DNA of 36,484 bases from a virus. A model generated the notes under the pieces. It was not told where the DNA came from. It ran no database searches and saw only the letters and a program-made list of their open reading frames with translations. Location: IMG/VR virus record IMGVR_UViG_3300032328_000071, positions 1-36,484 of that record. One strand, written 5' to 3'. Made by a program: the position numbers and the translations under genes. This document shows, one piece after another, positions 1-6,589 of this stretch (the first letter of the stretch is position 1; every line of letters begins with the position of its first letter).

Positions 1-123
1 TAGGCTCACTTGCGCCCATGATTGGTAAGCTATTTGACGCTAAGTCTGTAGCTACAAAAGCCATGCTTCAGGCTAAACAGTCTGGCAAAGGCTCAAACAT
101 GGGTACGGCTTTGCAGATTGAGA
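1..123. repeat. Terminal direct repeat copy 1 (identical to 36362..36484); assembly-type overlap of a circular or permuted genome
   Basis: Base-by-base comparison: 1-123 equals 36362-36484 exactly. Confidence 0.95.
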
Positions 124-416
124 TGGCTTTAGAACAGGCTAGGGCGTTTGAGGAAGAGTTAAAGATGCTCTTCATGCAGACAGGAAAGATTGACGTATGG
201 CAGAAGATTAAAGCCCGTCAAGCAGAGATGGACTTGGCAGATGCCAAAGAAATTAGTGCATTAAAGAAGGCAGAGAAAGCAGCTAAACAAAAAGAGCAAG
301 AACAACTAGAGATTGGCTTGGCAATAGGTGGAATCTGTTTTGTATTGTTTCTAGTCTTTGTTGGCGTCAATGAGTTGATGACATTCTGTGAGACAACAAG
401 AAGGTGTGGTCGGTGA
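1..416 (+). CDS. 3' part of junction-spanning gene: helical Ala/Lys/Glu-rich protein with C-terminal membrane anchor (full gene = 36274..36361 joined to 1..416, 167 aa)
   Basis: ORF 18..416 is open back to base 1. It is in frame with ATG 36274: 105 nt separate it from the repeat copy of ATG 18. Hydrophobic C-terminal segment IGLAIGGICFVLFLVFVGV. Confidence 0.6.
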   Translation, partial: GSLAPMIGKLFDAKSVATKAMLQAKQSGKGSNMGTALQIEMALEQARAFEEELKMLFMQTGKIDVWQKIKARQAEMDLADAKEISALKKAEKAAKQKEQEQLEIGLAIGGICFVLFLVFVGVNELMTFCETTRRCGR

Positions 417-568
417 ATGAGTATCAAAAGACCTTTGATCTATGCCTCAAAATCTTTGTTTACGGAGTAGTGGCTTTGTACTTCTTAGGTTTTCTGAAGT
501 TCTTACCTGATGATCTGTCTGACAGAATTGTCAATCTTCTACTTGGAAAGGTTGGTCTTGGTAAATGA
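413..568 (+). CDS. Small single-pass membrane protein (51 aa, GTG start); not in the ORF track (<60 aa)
   Basis: GTG 413 overlaps the upstream stop (GTGA), and its own stop overlaps ATG 565 (ATGA). Hand translation VNEYQKTFDLCLKIFVYGVVALYFLGFLKFLPDD... has one hydrophobic helix. Confidence 0.35.
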   Translation: MNEYQKTFDLCLKIFVYGVVALYFLGFLKFLPDDLSDRIVNLLLGKVGLGK

Positions 569-774
569 AATACTTACTTGTATTTGTAGCTTTTATGCTA
601 CATGGTTGTGATGAGAAATATCGCTATTTTTGCCAAAACCCAGACAATTTCCATGCTGAACAATGTCAAAAACCTAGATGCCAATTCACTCAGACTTGCC
701 CTGAGTACTTGGTTGCCCCAATCTTGGAGAAAAAAATCAATGATGTCCAACCAGAAACAAAAGTTAACAACTGA
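565..774 (+). CDS. Cys-rich lipoprotein (69 aa)
   Basis: N-terminus MKYLLVFVAFMLHGC is a signal peptide plus lipobox-like L-H-G-C. There are four further Cys in the mature part. ATGA coupling to the upstream ORF. Confidence 0.6.
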   Translation: MKYLLVFVAFMLHGCDEKYRYFCQNPDNFHAEQCQKPRCQFTQTCPEYLVAPILEKKINDVQPETKVNN

Positions 775-1258
775 AGAGATTGAGGTAAGAATTTGGGGGT
801 TTGTTGTGATTGCAGTCACACTTATCCTCATGTTTATTGTTGCTGCTTTGCTCTACTCTGTGACTTTTGTCACTCAGCCAATCAAAAGTATGGCCCCGAT
901 TGACCAAGCCTATACCAAGATGCTGAACGACATTGTTCTGCTAATCGTGGGTGGTATTGGTGGAGTTATTGGTAAACGGGCTATGTCTAGTGCCGCTAGA
1001 GCGTTTAATCCTCCAACGCAACCAATGTGTCAACCAATGGGCTATGGAGGCTCTCAGGGCGGTTTTAACTCGTCCTATGCCCCTCCGCAATCTGCGTATG
1101 GTTTGCCTAGTCAACCATTTGGTGCTATGCCTGTTTGGAAGAACCCAGAGTTGGATGAATCTTGGACACCTGGCCCTCCTCCAACTACGCCACCTGACCA
1201 CTTAGAAGATGACCAAGAGCGTGAAGAACTGGCTCAAGCAAGAAAAGAGGCTGAATAA
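740..1258 (+). CDS. Two-TM membrane protein with Pro/Gly/Gln-rich acidic tail; positional holin candidate
   Basis: This is track ORF 602..1258. Preferred start is ATG 740, with GGAGA at 726-730. Hydrophobic helices IWGFVVIAVTLILMFIVAALLY and IVLLIVGGIGGVIG. It lies directly upstream of the spanins and endolysin. Confidence 0.55.
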   Translation: MMSNQKQKLTTEEIEVRIWGFVVIAVTLILMFIVAALLYSVTFVTQPIKSMAPIDQAYTKMLNDIVLLIVGGIGGVIGKRAMSSAARAFNPPTQPMCQPMGYGGSQGGFNSSYAPPQSAYGLPSQPFGAMPVWKNPELDESWTPGPPPTTPPDHLEDDQEREELAQARKEAE

Positions 1259-1755
1259 TGTTCCCAATCCCTTTGCCTTGGATAATCGTGGGTGTTTTGG
1301 TATCTCTCTTTGGTACATACCGAGTTGGACACCACTATGGATGGCTAGAACGTGATGGCGACATGAAGATTGCCATTGCTCAAAAGAATGATGAAGCTCG
1401 TAAGATCGAGCAAAACATGACCGAAAAACTTTCTCAACAATCTGCCAAACTTCAGGAAGCCAATGATGCTATCAACAAAAAAACTACTGCTCTTGCTGTT
1501 GCCAATCGTGCTGGCAAGTTGCGCCTCTGCCCCCCAAGTAACGTACAAACCACCACAAATACCGCCTTTACCAGCTCAGATTCAAAAGCAACCAGTGAAC
1601 CTAACAGACCGACTAATGAACCTTCTGATGCCGAAAGAGCAACAATCGATGCCATCGCAGAAATAGTCGCTCAAGGGGATAAGAATACTGTCGCTTTGAA
1701 CGCTTGCGTAGACTCGTATAACCAGATGAGAGATTTGCTAAATGGTAACAAATGA
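1258..1755 (+). CDS. i-spanin (Rz-like)
   Basis: N-terminal TM (PWIIVGVLVSLFGTY) followed by a charged helical domain. It contains an embedded +1-frame lipoprotein ORF. TAATG junction upstream, and the 3' end overlaps the endolysin start. Confidence 0.8.
   Translation: MFPIPLPWIIVGVLVSLFGTYRVGHHYGWLERDGDMKIAIAQKNDEARKIEQNMTEKLSQQSAKLQEANDAINKKTTALAVANRAGKLRLCPPSNVQTTTNTAFTSSDSKATSEPNRPTNEPSDAERATIDAIAEIVAQGDKNTVALNACVDSYNQMRDLLNGNK
1463..1666 (+). CDS. o-spanin (Rz1-like lipoprotein) embedded in the i-spanin gene
   Basis: MMLSTKKLLLLLLPIVLASCAS carries a lipobox (L-A-S-C). The mature part is Pro-rich (PPQIPPLPAQ). The ORF lies wholly inside 1258..1755 in another frame, the classic Rz/Rz1 architecture. 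Confidence 0.75.
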   Translation: MMLSTKKLLLLLLPIVLASCASAPQVTYKPPQIPPLPAQIQKQPVNLTDRLMNLLMPKEQQSMPSQK

Positions 1756-2338
1756 ACAATTAGCTAGATTACATATTGGTAATCAATGGGTAGATGCTCT
1801 GAACGCTACCTTTGATCGTTTCAACATTGATACACCAGTTCGCCAAGCGGCATTTATTGGTCAATGTGGGCATGAGTGTGGCAACTTTAGACTGCTTGAA
1901 GAGAACCTTAACTATCGTGCTGAAACTTTACAGAAGTTATGGCCTAAACGCTTTGATGCCGCCAAAGCACAGGCTTGCGCTCGTAATCCTAAGTTGATTG
2001 CAAATACTGTTTACAGCTCACGTATGGGCAATAGAGATGAAGCTTCAGGGGATGGGTATCGTTTCCGAGGCCGAGGATGTATCCAGTTGACAGGCTCTGC
2101 AAATTATCACCATGCAGGTCAGGCACTAGGTGTTGACTTCATTATGGAGCCTGATTTGGTTGCTACGCCTCAGTACGCTGCCCTTACAGCAGGGTGGTTT
2201 TGGGACACTCACAAGCTAAACCAATTTGCTGATGTCCGTGACTTTAAAACCATGACAAAGAAGATAAATGGCGGTTTTATTGGCCTTGAAGACCGCATCA
2301 AACATATAAATCATGCACTTGAAGTTTTAACAAGTTAA
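1742..2338 (+). CDS. Endolysin, glycoside hydrolase family 19 (chitinase-like lysozyme)
   Basis: GH19-type stretches FIGQCGHECGNFRLLEENLNY and YRFRGRGCIQLTGSANY. It follows the spanins. Confidence 0.88.
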   Translation: MVTNEQLARLHIGNQWVDALNATFDRFNIDTPVRQAAFIGQCGHECGNFRLLEENLNYRAETLQKLWPKRFDAAKAQACARNPKLIANTVYSSRMGNRDEASGDGYRFRGRGCIQLTGSANYHHAGQALGVDFIMEPDLVATPQYAALTAGWFWDTHKLNQFADVRDFKTMTKKINGGFIGLEDRIKHINHALEVLTS

Positions 2339-2373
2339 ATATAATTGTCATAAATACTGTATAAGGTGTTGAA

Positions 2374-2748
2374 ATGCCTAACATTCCTACACCAGAAGAT
2401 GCAAAACTTTTCGCACAAAGTGTCAGAAAGTGGCAGCGAATTCTTAGTCTGGGTGATTGGAGAATTGAAAAAGGAAGTAAACCAGCAAAGGCTGCTATGG
2501 CTTCTGTTGAGTTTAATACTTCTGCTCGATTGGCTACTTACAGACTAGGTGATTTTGGTGCTGAGAAGATCACACCTGAGTCTCTGGATCAGACTGCTTT
2601 GCATGAGTTGCTTCATGTGTTTCTGCACGATTTAATGACTGTGGCGCAAGACCCTAAATCATCTCAAGATGAAGTGGAAATGCAAGAGCATAGGGTTATC
2701 AACTTGCTAGAAAAATTACTGTCTAAGGATTCTCATGGTTTCAAGTAA
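2374..2748 (+). CDS. HExxH-motif protein (putative Zn-metallopeptidase-like phage protein)
   Basis: AAGGTG lies upstream of ATG 2374. Contains ALHELLHVFLH (HExxH). Confidence 0.65.
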   Translation: MPNIPTPEDAKLFAQSVRKWQRILSLGDWRIEKGSKPAKAAMASVEFNTSARLATYRLGDFGAEKITPESLDQTALHELLHVFLHDLMTVAQDPKSSQDEVEMQEHRVINLLEKLLSKDSHGFK

Positions 2749-3727
2749 TAACATGAATTCTTGTACAGATGAGCAGTTTATGGAACTGTGGGACAAGCAC
2801 CGATCTGTTACGAAAATAGCAAAGATTTTAGGGATCACTGAAAGAGCAGTTAACTACCGCAGACGTAGCATGGAAAATACCCATGATGTCAAATTGGGCG
2901 CTAATGATTCTCGCAGTGCCAAATATGATGCTACAAGGCCAAAATCGTTCTCTCCTTTAAAACAAGTAGACCTTGGCATCCTAGATGGGACTGTGATTGT
3001 CTTCTCTGATGCTCACTTCATACCTGGTCAACGCTCAACAGCGTTTAAAGGGCTTCTATGGGCTATAGAGAAGTTTAAACCCAAGGCGGTAATATGTAAC
3101 GGGGATGCCTTTGATGGTGCGTCTATAAGCCGCCACGATGTAACTGATGAACCACAGACTTCTGTTATCCAAGAGCTAAAGGCTTGTCAGGGTGCGTTAG
3201 GCGAGATTGAGGAAGTTGCTAAAGCAGCGAGACACAATGTAAAGTTATTGTGGACATGGGGCAATCACGATATTCGGTTTGGCAATAGATTAGCGCAACA
3301 CGCACCACAGTTTAAAGATGTTATTGGTTTTAAACTGACAGACCACTTTCTTGATTGGGAGTTCTGTTGGGCAGTCTGGGCTACTGAACAATGTATTATT
3401 AAACACCGATATAAAGGTGGCGTTCATGCGACTCACAACAATACAGTAAACGCTGGTGTGTCAATAGTTACTGGACACTTGCACTCTTTGAAGGTAACGC
3501 CATTTAGTGATTTTAATGGCGTGAGGTTTGGCTGTGACACAGGAACACTTGCTGAGACTGATGGCCCACAATTCACCTATGCCGAACTAAACCCTAACAA
3601 CCACAGATCAGGATTTGCGGTGTTAAACTTCTTTAATGGTCAACTATTATGGCCTGAGTTAGTCCACAAGTTTGATGAGGACATGGTTCAGTTTAGGGGT
3701 GAAGTGATTGATGTAGGTGCATTTTGA
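2735..3727 (+). CDS. Calcineurin-like metallophosphoesterase with N-terminal HTH segment
   Basis: Phosphoesterase motifs VFSDAHF, NGDAFDG, GNHD and GHLH. N-terminal TKIAKILGITERAVNYRRR looks like an HTH. An alternative start is ATG 2753, just after the upstream stop. Confidence 0.8.
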   Translation: MVSSNNMNSCTDEQFMELWDKHRSVTKIAKILGITERAVNYRRRSMENTHDVKLGANDSRSAKYDATRPKSFSPLKQVDLGILDGTVIVFSDAHFIPGQRSTAFKGLLWAIEKFKPKAVICNGDAFDGASISRHDVTDEPQTSVIQELKACQGALGEIEEVAKAARHNVKLLWTWGNHDIRFGNRLAQHAPQFKDVIGFKLTDHFLDWEFCWAVWATEQCIIKHRYKGGVHATHNNTVNAGVSIVTGHLHSLKVTPFSDFNGVRFGCDTGTLAETDGPQFTYAELNPNNHRSGFAVLNFFNGQLLWPELVHKFDEDMVQFRGEVIDVGAF

Positions 3728-3867
3728 GTGCTTGGCTAATCATACTTACGGGGGCTATTTACGCCTATATTGCTGGTGAACAGCTTTGGAAAGATAACCC
3801 ACACATGGCTATTGTGTACGCAGGGTACGCATTTTCAAATGTGGGTCTCTATCTGTTGGCAAAGTAG
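3724..3867 (+). CDS. Small two-helix membrane protein (47 aa, TTG start); not in the ORF track
   Basis: TTG 3724 overlaps the upstream TGA. Hand translation (M)SAWLIILTGAIYAYIAGEQLWKDNPHMAIVYAGYAFSNVGLYLLAK has two hydrophobic segments. Confidence 0.35.
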   Translation: MSAWLIILTGAIYAYIAGEQLWKDNPHMAIVYAGYAFSNVGLYLLAK

Positions 3868-3868
3868 C

Positions 3869-4084
3869 TTATTCGCTATCGTCTAAACCAGCAACAATTA
3901 CTTCTTCTGCTGCGTCTTCTTCAAACTCATCTTCAAGTTCGTCAATAGCTTCATATTCAACTTCCCACCCATTCTCCTCTTGGAACTGGATAAATTCTTG
4001 AATGATTTGAATCTTCTCGAAGTCAAAGGTTTCAACAACAATTTTCTCACTGCCTGTCCAACCAAATTCCATTTCAAATTTCAT
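3869..4084 (-). CDS. Very acidic small protein (71 aa)
   Basis: Track ORF 3869..4102. Preferred start is ATG 4084, preceded by AAGGAG. About a third of residues are Asp/Glu, with a C-terminal run DELEDEFEEDAAEE. Last gene of the leftward operon. Confidence 0.7.
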   Translation of the reverse strand: MKFEMEFGWTGSEKIVVETFDFEKIQIIQEFIQFQEENGWEVEYEAIDELEDEFEEDAAEEVIVAGLDDSE

Positions 4085-4138
4085 GGTGTTCTCCTTACGC
4101 AACCGATTGTTGCAATGAAATACTAGGCTAAATTTATG

Positions 4139-4447
4139 TCAGTCAAGTGTCTTCTGAAACACTCCGTTGGGCAATAGTGTGCCCTTCCGATTCTTAATCT
4201 GATCGTACGCTATTTCCATGCAGTCTACCAGATGTATGTCTTGCAAAGCGCAATAATTGATAAGGCAGACCATGACATCACCAACAGAATCCACAATAGC
4301 TTCTTTGTCATTTTTAATCGTGGCATCTGCTAATTCTCCGATCTCTGACATTGCTTTTAGAAGCTGAACTTCTGCTGTACTGTTTGGGATAATCTTACGG
4401 GCTTCTGACCATTGAATGATCTTCATCTCAATTGCTGCGTAACTCAT
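4139..4447 (-). CDS. mazG: MazG-like nucleotide pyrophosphohydrolase
   Basis: From the MSYAAIE start (AAGGAGAG upstream; ATGA overlap with the upstream gene). Typical phage MazG pattern ...WSEARKI...EIGELADA...DSVGDVMVCLINY. Confidence 0.8.
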   Translation of the reverse strand: MSYAAIEMKIIQWSEARKIIPNSTAEVQLLKAMSEIGELADATIKNDKEAIVDSVGDVMVCLINYCALQDIHLVDCMEIAYDQIKNRKGTLLPNGVFQKTLD

Positions 4448-4626
4448 CTCACTCTCCTTAAAGGTTCTTGATATTTCTCTGGTGGTGGTGGAAGCATTTT
4501 CTCTGAGGGTGGAGTCCATCCATGTTTTCTCCAAATAGCTTGGACATCCGAACCTGATTCCCATTTGAAATCTTTGTTTGGCATAGATGGATAACTGATC
4601 TTTGAATACGGGGGTTTTTCTATCAT
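4444..4626 (-). CDS. Hypothetical protein (60 aa; Pro/Trp-rich)
   Basis: Track ORF 4444..4635. ATG 4626 forms an ATGA overlap with the stop of 4623..4931, and its own stop overlaps the MazG start. Confidence 0.55.
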   Translation of the reverse strand: MIEKPPYSKISYPSMPNKDFKWESGSDVQAIWRKHGWTPPSEKMLPPPPEKYQEPLRRVR

Positions 4627-4931
4627 ATTGCCCATTCTCTCTCGTTTCTGCCTGAATTTGATTTAACTGTTTTACCAGTTAGATGGATAAGACCAATCTT
4701 CTGCATTTCGTTTAAACGTCTTGCAACTTGATTGCTCTCTAGTTTGGTCAGAGATGAGATGCCATCCTTTCCAAGCGCACCATAGGTCTGTAAACACTCC
4801 AGAATGATGTCATAGTGTTTGTTGACTACTGGCTTGATTGCCTCTGCTGCTTCAAATGAAGTGAGAGGGTCTGTAGTCCTAACTCGTGGAAAGTTAGGAA
4901 ATATCCTATCGAAAGCACTTTTAATATCCAT
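4623..4931 (-). CDS. Winged-helix DNA-binding protein (MarR-like fold suspected)
   Basis: 102-aa ORF. The ...ILECLQTYGALGKDGISSLTKLESNQVARRLNEMQKIGLI... pattern is typical of wHTH proteins. AGGAG lies upstream of the ATG. Confidence 0.65.
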   Translation of the reverse strand: MDIKSAFDRIFPNFPRVRTTDPLTSFEAAEAIKPVVNKHYDIILECLQTYGALGKDGISSLTKLESNQVARRLNEMQKIGLIHLTGKTVKSNSGRNEREWAI

Positions 4932-5019
4932 TATTGACTCCTATTGGGTGAGGGGAAAACTGCTCGTCTGCAAGCTAGGAAAATCCTTTGCACAGCTCTC
5001 CCCTCGAGTTTATATTAAC

Positions 5020-5265
5020 TTAAAACGGGTCTTTATCAAAATCGTCTAACCACTCTTTGTGTTCAGACATATCTGCTTTTTTAGGGGCTGGCTCTTTTGG
5101 TGATACTGCCAAGCCCATAAATTTTCCTGATTTTCCATCTTTAACCCAAGCTGACAACCAGTAATCCTTGCCATCAACAGTAATATTCCCTTTGTAATGG
5201 GGATGTTTATCTGTTTCTTTCTTATCGTTTTTAAATAAAACGCCTGAATTATCTTTTTTGTCCAT
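5020..5265 (-). CDS. Small protein with SSB-type acidic C-terminal tail (DUF736-like N-terminal pattern)
   Basis: It ends ...WLDDFDKDPF, resembling the acidic/aromatic SSB tail. It lies directly downstream of the annealase gene (TAATG junction). Confidence 0.55.
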   Translation of the reverse strand: MDKKDNSGVLFKNDKKETDKHPHYKGNITVDGKDYWLSAWVKDGKSGKFMGLAVSPKEPAPKKADMSEHKEWLDDFDKDPF

Positions 5266-5873
5266 TACATTTCCTTCGCTTTCTTTAACGCTGAACGCAC
5301 TTTACTAGGCAGGAGTGTCCACAATGCAATCTTTTGTTCTGCATCAAGGTTCTCTCCTTCCAACTTATCCCAAGCTGCCTTGGGGTCACCTTGCTCACAG
5401 GTAGCAATCAATTCAACTGCCATCTCTTGCAAGTACTGTAATTCCTCTGGAGGAATATTATCTTGTGCGCCTTGAGTAGGCGTAATCACTACTGATCTGC
5501 CCTCTTCAGGTAAGTCTTCACCCGCATAAATGTATAGACCCAAGCCATGCAGACTTAAAGCCTTTGTCATGCAACGCATAATGGCAGTGTTTACCGCAAA
5601 CGCATCGGGAGTTGGGATGGCCTTGTTGCGATAGTCCATCACAGGCAACTGACAAGTCATTGGTTTGCCAAACATGGTAGCGGTAACGAACACCATTGCC
5701 GTACCATTTATGTCCATGAAACACTTGTCGCCAAACATCTCTACCTTGTAGGTGGCGGTAGGATCAGCTTTAAGAGCTTCTGCCCATGCCCAAGCCCATG
5801 ATAGGTAGGTCAAGTTGTTTTTCTTCTCTGTATGAGAATTGACATCTTTTTTAAGTAACGCTTCTATTGACAT
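5265..5873 (-). CDS. Rad52/Sak-like single-strand annealing protein (DUF1071-type signature)
   Basis: NLTYLSWAWAWAEALK... and ...HGLGLYIYAGEDLP match my memory of Sak/DUF1071 proteins. Preferred start is ATG 5873, with AAGGAG upstream. Confidence 0.65.
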   Translation of the reverse strand: MSIEALLKKDVNSHTEKKNNLTYLSWAWAWAEALKADPTATYKVEMFGDKCFMDINGTAMVFVTATMFGKPMTCQLPVMDYRNKAIPTPDAFAVNTAIMRCMTKALSLHGLGLYIYAGEDLPEEGRSVVITPTQGAQDNIPPEELQYLQEMAVELIATCEQGDPKAAWDKLEGENLDAEQKIALWTLLPSKVRSALKKAKEM

Positions 5874-5874
5874 A

Positions 5875-6063
5875 TTAACTCCTTTGATTTTCATTTAACT
5901 CTTGTTGAATAATCTCTTTTTGTTGTTCAGGATATAAATCCTTGAACTCGATAAAGTCTGCTTCTTGGCAACAAACTATTTTATCTCCCTTAATTGCCAA
6001 GCAATAGGGGCAGTAGTGTATGTCTGAGAACTCTGACACATAGGTTTGGAACAGTGTTTTCAT
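5875..6063 (-). CDS. Small Cys-rich (zinc-ribbon-like) protein
   Basis: CPYC...VCC cysteine pattern. ATGA overlap with the upstream gene. Confidence 0.6.
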   Translation of the reverse strand: MKTLFQTYVSEFSDIHYCPYCLAIKGDKIVCCQEADFIEFKDLYPEQQKEIIQQELNENQRS

Positions 6064-6263
6064 GTGAGACTATCGAAAGCCATTTCCCACACAACATCAC
6101 CAGCTAGATCAGTAAGTTTGTTCAACTCATCGTCTGTCAATGGTGTTCCATCTTCATAGCATCCACCTGAAAAGTAGGCATCAGCAAAGTCTGGATAATC
6201 ACTGCTATCTACTCCATCTACTTCTAGGTCTACAACCTTTTTTCCATTAAGAATCGGCATCAT
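6060..6263 (-). CDS. Small acidic hypothetical protein
   Basis: 67-aa ORF with ATGA overlaps at both ends. The YPDFADAYF...EDGTPLTDDELNKL pattern recurs in phage small proteins (from memory). Confidence 0.65.
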   Translation of the reverse strand: MMPILNGKKVVDLEVDGVDSSDYPDFADAYFSGGCYEDGTPLTDDELNKLTDLAGDVVWEMAFDSLT

Positions 6264-6457
6264 TCGCCCCTCACTTCTATCATTGCATCTGCGTATTGAT
6301 AAGCACGAGTTGCAATTTCTTCATAGTTCATTTGTGGGTCTATGCCAGCAATAATCCCATGCATTGCTTTTGCTGCAAAGTAATCACGCAATGTCATGCC
6401 GTTTCCCAAAGGAAAATACTCATCGTATTGGCAAGGAAAAGCTGGTTGATTTTTCAT
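6260..6457 (-). CDS. Hypothetical protein (65 aa), first gene of the leftward operon
   Basis: Track ORF 6260..6505. Preferred start is ATG 6457, preceded by AGGAG (caaacaggagtaaatATG). Confidence 0.65.
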   Translation of the reverse strand: MKNQPAFPCQYDEYFPLGNGMTLRDYFAAKAMHGIIAGIDPQMNYEEIATRAYQYADAMIEVRGE

Positions 6458-6532
6458 ATTTACTCCTGTTTGTTTATTAAAATGTAGGCTTTTTGTTGCC
6501 CACACCCATAATGTGCCACACCTTTTTATCTT

Positions 6533-6561
6533 TTTATACTAGGATAAACCCTAATAGACAA
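6533..6561 (-). promoter_or_regulatory. Candidate sigma70-type leftward early promoter
   Basis: The minus strand reads TTGTCT, then a 17-nt spacer (attagggtttatcctag), then TATAAA. It sits about 75 nt upstream of ATG 6457. Confidence 0.4.
6542..6556. promoter_or_regulatory. 15-mer GGATAAACCCTAATA, copy 1 (operator-like; fills the spacer of the leftward promoter)
   Basis: An exact second copy lies at 12393..12407. Confidence 0.5.
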
Positions 6562-6582
6562 GCATAAAAACAACAGTAGTAT
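6555..6582 (+). promoter_or_regulatory. Candidate rightward early promoter (weaker match), -35 overlapping the leftward -35
   Basis: TAGACA (6555-6560), a 16-nt spacer, then TAGTAT (6577-6582). The predicted start falls at or next to ATG 6590. Confidence 0.25.
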
Positions 6583-6589
6583 TCTGAGC

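Noticed and set aside
602-739. N-terminal extension of the two-TM protein given by the track (start 602)
   Set aside because: It overlaps the lipoprotein ORF, which has a convincing signal peptide. GGAGA precedes ATG 740, and the extension has no membrane or signal features.
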